Source of the DNA: Anaerolineales bacterium
Lineage (GTDB): Bacteria; Chloroflexota; Anaerolineae; Anaerolineales; UBA4823
NCBI GenBank assembly: GCA_049281855.1
Contig: JBAPSY010000073.1
Coordinates: forward strand, 3,171 to 67,170
Direction of reading: 5' to 3'
DNA: 64,000 nt
Part shown: in pieces, positions 18,607 to 26,794 of the stretch
How positions within the stretch are numbered: position 1 is the stretch's first letter
How the letters are laid out: each line of letters starts with the position of its first letter
Made by a program: the position numbers and the translations under genes
The notes under the pieces: model-generated
The model's input: only the letters and a program-made list of their open reading frames with translations
Told to the model about the DNA's origin: nothing
Databases searched by the model: none

Positions 18607-19944
18607 ATGGACAAAAAACCTAACGAAACACGAATGCAGATTCCTTTACTCATCGAACATGGCAAGCAGGGAACTTACTTCACCATTCCGTTCATCATGC
18701 CTGCTGATACCGAGATTTTTTCTCTCACTTATCGCTATAAAAGGCATCATGTAAGCGAAACCCAGGTTGAATATGGAAGTTTTACCTCTCGCAAAGAGCG
18801 GAGTATCATCGATCTGGGTCTGATTGCCCCCGATGGAACGCAGGTGGGGGCTTCTGGTTCTGATAAACTAAGCATTTCAATTAGTGAGACCTTTAGTACT
18901 CCGGGATACCATCCCTGCACTCTGGTACCTGGTGAATGGCAGATCATTGTTGGGGCGTATAAGGTAGCTGAGGAAGGTGTGGAAGTCCTATATGAGCTAT
19001 CATTCACCTCGAAATACCTGCGTTTGTATAAGGGGGATTTGCACACCCACACCCTGGCTTCGGACGGCGTCCTTCGGGTTGAAGAGTTGGCTCAGCACTC
19101 ATTGCAAAATGGGTTGGATTTCCTTGCCATCACAGACCACAACCAGATGGTTTCAGCAGATACATTGGGTCAAAACTCCGGCCTTACGCTGATACCCGGT
19201 CTCGAATGGACGCATTACCAGGGACATGCCAACTTCCTGGGAGTGGATAAGCCATATGATGAGCCTTTTCTAACCAACACAATTGAGGAAGTAAGAGCAC
19301 GTTTCACCTCGGCCCGCTCACGCGGGGCGTTTATCAGCATCAATCATCCATGTGATGTCGTTTGCCCGTTCCTGTTTGATATGAATTCACTTCCTTTCGA
19401 CTGCCTTGAGATCTGGAACGGACCAATGCGAGGGTCCAACTTGCAGGCAATCGGCTTGTGGCAAAACATGCTCCTGGCAGGTAAAAAAGTGCCCATTTGC
19501 GGCGGGAGCGATTATCATCGAGATTCTCTGCTTTTATTCCCTGGCGGACCGACCACCTGCGTTTATGCCATGTCAGCCAGCACGGCTGATATCCTTTCTG
19601 CATTGAGGCTGGGGCACTCTTTCATCACTTTTAGTGCCAATGGTCCGATGCTGGAGATGACCGCCGGAGATGCTATGATGGGTGATAGCGTGGAGTTCTC
19701 CAAAGTAAAGCTGCTGGAATTTAAGGTCAGTAGGTTGCTTGGTGGTGACGTCGTACAGGTGGTGACCGCACGTGGGAATATTCCTCTTCTCAAAGCTGAA
19801 GCGAATGGAGCGATGCGAGGAATATACACCATGGAAGCTGCCGGGTTTGCTAGGATTGAAGTCTTGAGGAGCTTCCTACCTGGTTTGCCCTTGCTGCCCG
19901 CATTGATCTCTAATCCAATCTATTTTGATGCAGAGAAGGTTTGA
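18607..19944 (+). CDS. PHP-domain metallohydrolase (CehA/McbA-like)
   Basis: GDLHTHTLASDG...FLAITDHN PHP metal-binding motifs, with an N-terminal beta-rich domain. Confidence 0.72.
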   Translation: MDKKPNETRMQIPLLIEHGKQGTYFTIPFIMPADTEIFSLTYRYKRHHVSETQVEYGSFTSRKERSIIDLGLIAPDGTQVGASGSDKLSISISETFSTPGYHPCTLVPGEWQIIVGAYKVAEEGVEVLYELSFTSKYLRLYKGDLHTHTLASDGVLRVEELAQHSLQNGLDFLAITDHNQMVSADTLGQNSGLTLIPGLEWTHYQGHANFLGVDKPYDEPFLTNTIEEVRARFTSARSRGAFISINHPCDVVCPFLFDMNSLPFDCLEIWNGPMRGSNLQAIGLWQNMLLAGKKVPICGGSDYHRDSLLLFPGGPTTCVYAMSASTADILSALRLGHSFITFSANGPMLEMTAGDAMMGDSVEFSKVKLLEFKVSRLLGGDVVQVVTARGNIPLLKAEANGAMRGIYTMEAAGFARIEVLRSFLPGLPLLPALISNPIYFDAEKV

Positions 19945-20164
19945 GGGATCGTCCCGGTCGAAGAAAAATTCCCTTGTGACAAACATTAATTATCACACGG
20001 AATACGTGACATGTGTGTGATTGGGTGATAAGGCTGTGGTATCCGGAGGGTCAAGCCTGAATTCTATGATCGCCCACGCATATGCGCGATTACTGTAGGG
20101 TTAACACTTGTGTTAAAATTAACATAGACTCATCAGCTACCCGGTATATTACCAGCCAGGTCGG

Positions 20165-22336
20165 GTGTCAGATATGCACCACCTATTGAACGGCATTCGC
20201 CAACGCTATCAAAAGATGAACCTGTCACAGCGGCTCATCCTGAACCTCGTGTTGGTAGTGGTTGCCATCATTGTTTTCATCGGTTTACCGACCAATCTTG
20301 CCATGTGGCGGGCACTTGAGAGCCAGGTGTGGTTACGCGTTCAGGATGCGCAATCTGCCACTCAGGGGCTCTATAATGCAGAAATCATCCGTCTGAAGAA
20401 GCTTGCCGGGCTGATTGCCGGGCGACCGACCCTTTACAGTCTGATTCAACAAGGTGATATTGTGGGGATGGGACCGTACTTAAACTCGCTCAAAGAGGAA
20501 AGTGGAAACCTGGATATCGTTCAGGTGATCACGCCTGACCTGCAGGCCGGTGATAAGTTGGTAGGTCTGCCTTCCCCACAGGCATTCCTGGTTGGAAACG
20601 AACCCTATTTTGCTGATTTCGTCATTGTCGGAGATCCAGGCAGGCTCTTTATCCTGGGGATCAGTCAAATTCAGTCAACGGAGGCAAATAATCCCGTCCT
20701 GGGATGGGTGTTAGTAGCGCGTGAGCTTAAGGCAGACTACATGGTCACTCTTGAAAGTGAGACTGGTTTGGCACAAAGCTTGACCATCAACGGTCGACGG
20801 GTTGCCACCAGCCTGCCAGCCGCTCCTGATTGGTCACTTGATCCCCAATCAGCCTTGCGAGTTGAAAAGACCGGCCAGGCCTGCTGCACCATGGGTGCTG
20901 CTCTGGATCAAACCTATTATGTTGGATTAATGCCACTTCGTGATTCTCATGATAATTTAGTGGCAATAAGTGAGGTTGCTCTTCCAGGCAACTCTATCCG
21001 TCAGGGGATGATCAATACAATCATTGTCTCGGCTGGTTTTAGCCTGCTGGTGATGCTGGTTGGCTCGTTCTTGGTGGCGCGTCAGGCCCGTTCCATTACC
21101 CTCCCATTATTACAATTGAGTAAAGCCGCCGATCAGATCAGTCAGGGCAATCTAGAAGTTTCTACCCCTCTTGAAACCGGCATACCTGAGATTAATCAAC
21201 TTTCCCGCCATTTCGAGCTGGCTCGCCGCCAACTCCGCTATGCTCTTTCGGTAACTCAGCGGGAGATGAAACACGCTGAACGATTATTATCACTGGTTCC
21301 CAAGGGGGTAATTGCTCTAGATGAAAACGACCGCATCACCTTCTTTAATCCAGATGCAGAAGAAATCCTGGGTTACAGTAGCCGGAATGTAGAACGCCTT
21401 CATTACACGCATATTTTTCCACCTGCTCCTGGAGAGACAGCAACGGTTGGGGAGATGTTGCACAAGCCATCTGATGGGCCAGTGGCGCAGCGCTTGAATG
21501 TGCTCGATGCACAGGGGAAACAACTACTTTTATATGTTACTATCTCTCCATTAGATAATAACCCTCTCAGTGGTTATGGCTCTGAACGCGTCGTGGTCAT
21601 CAGGGATGTGACCGAAGAAGAGGCAGTTAACCGGTTGCGTTATAACTTTCTGGCCAATGTTGCCCACGAATTTCGTACCCCACTGGCTGGGATTGCTGCC
21701 ACCACCGAGCTGCTGGTGGAAGAAGGCGATGATCTGACCCCGGATGAGTTGCACGAATTGGTGGAAACCATTCGCTTGAGCACCTTGCACTTGCAGACCT
21801 TGGTGGGGAATCTATTGGAAAGCACTACCATTGAAGCAGGATGCTTCCAGGTTCACCGCCGTCCAATCAATCTTCAGGATGTCGTCCAGGATGCCGCCAA
21901 TTTAATGTCCCCCCTGTTAAAGCGCCGGAGTCAGAGCCTGGATTTGACTGTACCAAATGAGATACCCACCTTGTGGGCAGACGCCAATCGCCTGACTCAG
22001 GTGCTGGTAAATTTGTTGTCGAATGCCAGCAAGTTTAGCCCGATGGGCGGGAAGATCGAGTTGAACATCACCCAGGACCCCGAATGGGTGACGATCGCAG
22101 TGCTCGATGACGGTCCCGGGCTTCCCACTGATCGCTTCGTTGATGTGTTCAAACGCTTTGTTACCGCCAACCAGTCACATGATACCCAGTATGGAGTTGG
22201 TCTGGGACTCTCGGTGGTTAAGTCAATCGTCGAAATGCATGGCGGGCAGGTTGGTGCAGAGAACCTCCCCAAGGGAGGTGCCAAAGTCTGGTTTACCATC
22301 CCCATCCATCCCCCAGAGGAGAAAGAGAACCTATGA
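20165..22336 (+). CDS. Sensor histidine kinase (extracytoplasmic sensor, HAMP, PAS, HisKA, HATPase)
   Basis: 723-aa ORF with two TM segments flanking a roughly 250-aa sensor domain. Has the H-box HEFRTPL, the N-box LLSNASKF and the G-boxes DDGPGL and GVGLGLSVV. Confidence 0.9.
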   Translation: MSDMHHLLNGIRQRYQKMNLSQRLILNLVLVVVAIIVFIGLPTNLAMWRALESQVWLRVQDAQSATQGLYNAEIIRLKKLAGLIAGRPTLYSLIQQGDIVGMGPYLNSLKEESGNLDIVQVITPDLQAGDKLVGLPSPQAFLVGNEPYFADFVIVGDPGRLFILGISQIQSTEANNPVLGWVLVARELKADYMVTLESETGLAQSLTINGRRVATSLPAAPDWSLDPQSALRVEKTGQACCTMGAALDQTYYVGLMPLRDSHDNLVAISEVALPGNSIRQGMINTIIVSAGFSLLVMLVGSFLVARQARSITLPLLQLSKAADQISQGNLEVSTPLETGIPEINQLSRHFELARRQLRYALSVTQREMKHAERLLSLVPKGVIALDENDRITFFNPDAEEILGYSSRNVERLHYTHIFPPAPGETATVGEMLHKPSDGPVAQRLNVLDAQGKQLLLYVTISPLDNNPLSGYGSERVVVIRDVTEEEAVNRLRYNFLANVAHEFRTPLAGIAATTELLVEEGDDLTPDELHELVETIRLSTLHLQTLVGNLLESTTIEAGCFQVHRRPINLQDVVQDAANLMSPLLKRRSQSLDLTVPNEIPTLWADANRLTQVLVNLLSNASKFSPMGGKIELNITQDPEWVTIAVLDDGPGLPTDRFVDVFKRFVTANQSHDTQYGVGLGLSVVKSIVEMHGGQVGAENLPKGGAKVWFTIPIHPPEEKENL

Positions 22337-23019
22337 CCAAGATACTTGTAGTTGATGATGATCTGGCTCTATCGGACGTGTTGGCTTTTGCCATCCGTCG
22401 GGCAGGTTTTGAGGTAGTCAATGCCCATGATGGGCTGAGTGCACTTGAGCAGTTCTCCAAGGAAAGCCCCGACTTGATCGTGCTGGATTGGGGTTTACCA
22501 CGCATGGATGGTCTGGAGGTTTGCACGCGCATTCGAAATGACTCGGATGTACCTATCATCATGCTCACAGTACGTGATACGGATGACAACGTAATTGCAG
22601 CTCTTGAAGCCGGGGCTGATGAGTACATCATCAAACCCTTTAGTCCGCGCCAGCTGATTGCACGCATTCGGGCATTGCTTCGCCGGGCGGTGAGGGAACC
22701 TCAAGAAGTTCTACAGGCAGGTCAGCTTTCTTTCGATGAGGAGAGGAGGGAGGTTCGCTTCGGTGATGCTATCCCAATCCGCCTGACGCACTTGGAGACG
22801 CGCTTGCTGCGTGCCTTGATGCAGAATCCCGACCGGGTGCTCAATAATGACAGCCTGATCCTGCGTGTCTGGGGTCCGGAGGGTGCCACTAACGAGATGC
22901 TCAAGCAGCTGGTGTATCGCTTGCGTAACAAACTGGAAACAGAAGCCGGTACCCCTTCCCTGATAGAAACTATCCCCAATGCTGGCTATGTGCTGAACAC
23001 TCAAAAGAACCTATCTTAG
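22333..23019 (+). CDS. OmpR/PhoB-family response regulator
   Basis: Receiver domain (DDD...DLIVLDWGLPRMDG...KPF) plus a winged-helix output domain (LTHLETRLL...GYVL). Its ATG overlaps the kinase stop (ATGA). Confidence 0.92.
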   Translation: MTKILVVDDDLALSDVLAFAIRRAGFEVVNAHDGLSALEQFSKESPDLIVLDWGLPRMDGLEVCTRIRNDSDVPIIMLTVRDTDDNVIAALEAGADEYIIKPFSPRQLIARIRALLRRAVREPQEVLQAGQLSFDEERREVRFGDAIPIRLTHLETRLLRALMQNPDRVLNNDSLILRVWGPEGATNEMLKQLVYRLRNKLETEAGTPSLIETIPNAGYVLNTQKNLS

Positions 23020-23056
23020 CAAGTAACTGGAAGATAACAAAAAATATGGGGGAAAA

Positions 23057-23099
23057 ATTGTAACCACATTGTAACCTGTGGGTGCTTGCGGTTGTGACC
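23057..23099 (+). promoter_or_regulatory. 11-bp-phased direct repeats (ATTGTAACC x2, then TTGTGACC), a candidate OmpR-type regulator binding site
   Basis: Identical 9-mers at 23057-23065 and 23068-23076, and a degenerate copy at 23092-23099 that could double as a -35 box (TTGTGA-18 nt-TATATA at 23116-23121). Confidence 0.45.
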
Positions 23100-23214
23100 C
23101 TAGTCCGGTATAAATTATATAGTGAATTATTACGCAATCAATTAAGGTTGGCCTCTAGATAGTATCTGGATGCCACCGATAAGAAGAAACACTATAAATC
23201 GGAGGGAAGGAACC

Positions 23215-23832
23215 ATGCCAGCATCAATTCAAACAAGCGCTACACTGATTTGCCGTTATCCAATTGCCAGCAGCGATATGTACTATAACGAAGTCGGTCA
23301 AAGAGATGTGTTTGTACGGGACGATCTCTTGCAAGGCTTTCAGATTTGGGGGGAGTTAACCGGTGCAGGAGAAGAAACTGCTATTCCACTTTGTGAGATT
23401 TTCCTGGAATATGCCTTGGTCTGTCAGACAGGGTACGAAGAGAACCAGGCTTATGCCCTCATGGAGAGCTTTGGTAGTGGGTTGGGACAGGCAGCAGCTG
23501 TATATATGTTAGATCACATATTTATGGATGGGTTCCCCAATCCCGGTGTGTGTGCCTTGGAATGCGTGCTTGAAACGTTGAAGGTGAATTTCACCGTCCA
23601 CCAGATTGGACCTGAGCTGCGCTTTATCATCTGCGACTGCCCCTTTGATAAGACCGCCGGGCGGACCGGTCTGCCCCAATCAGAACTGGCGCACGTCGGG
23701 CTCAACGCCATGTGCCAGGGATTGCTGAAAGTCATCCAACCCGAGCTGCCCATCGATTCGCCGGTAGATGAGCGTTATGATCATATTTTCGCTATTGATA
23801 CAGAAATCACTGCCATAGCAAGAGGTGACTAA
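23215..23832 (+). CDS. Hypothetical cytoplasmic protein (Cys-containing, family not recognised)
   Basis: The ATG at 23215 is preceded by GGAGGGAAGG. The 205-aa product contains an ICDCPFDK motif. The stop overlaps the start of the FNT channel gene. Confidence 0.6.
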   Translation: MPASIQTSATLICRYPIASSDMYYNEVGQRDVFVRDDLLQGFQIWGELTGAGEETAIPLCEIFLEYALVCQTGYEENQAYALMESFGSGLGQAAAVYMLDHIFMDGFPNPGVCALECVLETLKVNFTVHQIGPELRFIICDCPFDKTAGRTGLPQSELAHVGLNAMCQGLLKVIQPELPIDSPVDERYDHIFAIDTEITAIARGD

Positions 23833-24901
23833 CGTGTTTACAACATCTACACATACACCTAAAGACGGTAAACAGCCAGTGAAGGAAGTTTCATTCGATG
23901 CCCTGCTGCCCGCTGAGATGGCAGCCAAAGCTGCTGAGACGGGGGTCAAGAAAACCGGGTTGGATATTATGCGCATGTTCCTGCTCGCCATCCTGGCGGG
24001 AGCTTTCATTGCCATGGGTGCCGTCTTCGCCACCACGGTTAGCGCGGGAGGTTCAGCGCTGCCATATGGCATCACTCGCCTGTTGGCAGGTCTGACGTTC
24101 ACCCTAGGCCTGATCCTGGTGGTTGTATCTGGCTCAGAGCTATTCACTGGCAATAGCCTGATCATCATCGCCTTTGCCAACCGGCGGATCACACTGGGTG
24201 CCCTGCTGCGTAACTGGGGGGTCGTCTATCTGGGCAATTTTATTGGTGCATTGCTCACCGCTTACCTGATGTTCACAGCACGCCAGTATACCTTCGGGAG
24301 TGGTTCGATCGGTTTGGCAGCTCTGAGTACAGGTGAAGCGAAGACAAGTCTGGGTTTTGCCCAAGCAGTGGTACTCGGGATATTTTGTAATGCTCTGGTT
24401 TGTATGGCCGTCTGGATGTGTTATAGTGCCCGCACCACGATTGATAAGATCCTGGCAATCATTCCACCCATCTCAGCCTTTGTTGCTGCAGGTTTCGAGC
24501 ACAGTATCGCTAACATGTACTTTATCCCGATTGCCCTGTTCATCAAGCAGATGGGAACGCCGGCATTCTTCGAAGCGATCAAGAAAACCCCGGCTGACTT
24601 TCCACATCTCACTTGGAGTAATTTCTTTCTCGTGAACCTGGTGCCAGTGACGATTGGGAATATCATCGGTGGTGTGGTGATGGTGGGCTTGATGTATTGG
24701 TTTATCTACCTGAGTAAAGCTGGGAAGGTTACTGCCACCACAGAGACTGCGGTGCGGATAGCTGCAGCCACAGCCCGACCTGAAGTGCCAGCACCAATTT
24801 TCTTCGTCAGCCGAGAGCCGCCTACACGCGCGATTGAGCCACAAATGCAACCCATGAGTGGAAAGATAAAAGAGGGGGAATCAACAAGTCGGCGGTTGTA
24901 A
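23825..24901 (+). CDS. Formate/nitrite transporter (FNT) family channel with a C-terminal extension
   Basis: FNT signatures (GSELFTGN, FEHSIANMY). At 358 aa it is longer than the usual FNT proteins. Start is the GTG at 23825 or 23834. Confidence 0.88.
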   Translation: MTNVFTTSTHTPKDGKQPVKEVSFDALLPAEMAAKAAETGVKKTGLDIMRMFLLAILAGAFIAMGAVFATTVSAGGSALPYGITRLLAGLTFTLGLILVVVSGSELFTGNSLIIIAFANRRITLGALLRNWGVVYLGNFIGALLTAYLMFTARQYTFGSGSIGLAALSTGEAKTSLGFAQAVVLGIFCNALVCMAVWMCYSARTTIDKILAIIPPISAFVAAGFEHSIANMYFIPIALFIKQMGTPAFFEAIKKTPADFPHLTWSNFFLVNLVPVTIGNIIGGVVMVGLMYWFIYLSKAGKVTATTETAVRIAAATARPEVPAPIFFVSREPPTRAIEPQMQPMSGKIKEGESTSRRL

Positions 24902-24938
24902 GCACGGTATAGAATATTATTCAATGAGTGATATAAAA

Positions 24939-24979
24939 GGGAGAAGGCTATTAATCTTCGGAAGCCTTCTCCCTTTTTT
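24939..24979 (+). terminator. Rho-independent terminator after the FNT gene
   Basis: GGGAGAAGGCT (24939-24949) pairs perfectly with AGCCTTCTCCC (24963-24973) and is followed by TTTTTT. Confidence 0.8.
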
Positions 24980-25360
24980 ACAGTTGTCCCATCATCGATG
25001 GCAACAAAAATATCACCATGGGTCTTTGTCGGTGCCCCCAAGGGGATGTTGTATATAAAGATAATATATAAGTGAGAGGGTTGTATTTATAAATCAGAGG
25101 TGACAGTCTGGGTATGCCAGAAAACGCTATGATAATGGTCGAACTTTTCAGGGTTTTCCAAATATGTTATGTTACTTCTTCTCAAATAGATGCTTCCCGC
25201 TTGTTCAACTCTCGTACATTGCTATACCTTACTGATGTGGAGTTTAGATTTCCTGGTTGCAGCCCTAGAATTCCCTCCGTTTAAACAAATCAAAGCTGCC
25301 CGGTGCGTTGTTCAAACATGGTGGCTTCTTTCACGCTCAGCCTGATGACTAAATATAGTG

Positions 25361-25433
25361 TGCCCCCAACGAGGTTCGAACTCGTGTTTCGGCCTTGAGA
25401 GGGCCGCGTCCTGGGCCACTAGACAATGGGGGC
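25361..25433 (-). tRNA. tRNA-Glu (anticodon CUC)
   Basis: Folded by hand: acceptor GCCCCCA/TGGGGGC, D-arm GTCT..GGAC, anticodon stem CGGCC/GGCCG with loop CU-CUC-AA, T-arm ACGAG-TTCGAAC-CTCGT, discriminator A. CCA is not encoded. Confidence 0.92.
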
Positions 25434-25446
25434 GAAAAGCGTCGGA

Positions 25447-25475
25447 ATTTTACCATCTCCCTAATGCTTCGTCAA
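25447..25475 (-). promoter_or_regulatory. Near-consensus promoter for the tRNA-Glu gene (TTGACG-17 nt-TAAAAT)
   Basis: Read on the minus strand. The -35 box is at 25475-25470 and the -10 box at 25452-25447, ending 13 nt before the mature tRNA 5' end. Confidence 0.6.
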
Positions 25476-25548
25476 TCGTAAGTCTTCCAACCTGATAATA
25501 TCCACGAAAGGGAGCAAGTTCATACCCTCCATGCTTGTTTTGGCTAAT

Positions 25549-26790
25549 TTATTCCATTGCCCGTAATGCGGGCTGACGCCAAATCACCCACAAAGCAAAT
25601 ACCATTAAGATTATGGCGCTGATGATCACCGTGAGGGGCTCTCCGATGATCTCAGCTGCCCAACCAGAGATCAATGAGCCAAGGGGAATGGCTCCGAAAA
25701 AGAAAAATGCGTAGATACCCATCACCCGACCGCGCATTTCATCTGGTATCCGGGTTTGCACCATCGCATTGGAGAGATTGACGATCATCATGAAAGTAAA
25801 CCCCATTGCAGCCATTGCCAATAACGACGGTATTAGCCAATGCATATAGGCAAACACGACCATCATGATGGGCATGATGATGCTGTTAATCGTCCATACT
25901 TTTCCCCGGAATCGAATGCGCCCTAGGGCGGCTATAATTAAAGCTCCAATCAATGATCCAAAGCCACGTGCAGCCAACAAAAAGCCATTCGTGGTTGCAT
26001 CACCTCCTAAAACCACCACTGCCCAGGCTGGGATAAGCGCAGCGATGCCCAAGCCAAATACGGTGGTGATAAACAGGTTGGAAATCATCATTCTCAAGGC
26101 GGGGTTGTTGATTACGTAATTCAGACCCTCCCTGACGTCACTCCAGGTGCTGCCATTACTTCTGATTGGGACAAAGGGCTTTAACTTCATCATGAGCAAG
26201 GCAATGATCACCGCAATAAATGAAATACCATTGATGGTAAAACACCATCCTGGCCCTACCCAGGCATAAATTAAGCCTCCAAATGCGGGTCCTAAAACAA
26301 CAGCTGAGTTGAACATGGTGGAATTTAAGGCAATGGCATTGGTCATATCCTCTCGGTCCACCATTTCCAGCACGAAAGCCTGCCTGGCAGGGGCATCGAA
26401 CGCATTACTTATTCCCAGTAGAAATGTCAGGATGAGGATATGCCACCATTGCACGGTATTGGTAAAAGCCAATATCGCTAGGATGAAAGCCAGGATGAGC
26501 ATGGAGCTCTGGGTGATGATCATGAGCGTCCGTCTTGGAACCCGGTCTGCAATCGCCCCGGCATATAGGGTGAAGAACCAGGATGGAAGGCCATTGGCAA
26601 AGCTTGCGTAACCCAGATAAGCCGGTGATTTGGTTAATTGGTATATTAAATAGCCCTGGGCAGTGGCTTGCGTCCAGGTGCCCACCAACGAGACCAGCTG
26701 CCCGATGAACCAGAGGCGATAATTGGGATACTTTAGCGAGGCAAAAGTATCCCGCACGCTTAATTGGCCTAATAAGCCAGCTTCACGCAA
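25549..26790 (-). CDS. MFS transporter (MFS_3 / 'transmembrane secretion effector'-like)
   Basis: 413-aa 12-TM ORF. The N-terminal LKYPNYRLWFIGQLVSLVGTW is typical of this MFS subgroup. Confidence 0.82.
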   Translation of the reverse strand: MREAGLLGQLSVRDTFASLKYPNYRLWFIGQLVSLVGTWTQATAQGYLIYQLTKSPAYLGYASFANGLPSWFFTLYAGAIADRVPRRTLMIITQSSMLILAFILAILAFTNTVQWWHILILTFLLGISNAFDAPARQAFVLEMVDREDMTNAIALNSTMFNSAVVLGPAFGGLIYAWVGPGWCFTINGISFIAVIIALLMMKLKPFVPIRSNGSTWSDVREGLNYVINNPALRMMISNLFITTVFGLGIAALIPAWAVVVLGGDATTNGFLLAARGFGSLIGALIIAALGRIRFRGKVWTINSIIMPIMMVVFAYMHWLIPSLLAMAAMGFTFMMIVNLSNAMVQTRIPDEMRGRVMGIYAFFFFGAIPLGSLISGWAAEIIGEPLTVIISAIILMVFALWVIWRQPALRAME

Positions 26791-26794
26791 CGAA

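Noticed and set aside
19975-19996. TGTGA...TCACA pair as a CRP/FNR-type site
   Set aside because: The half-sites are separated by 12 nt rather than the canonical 6 nt. The other nearby half-sites are not arranged as a palindrome.
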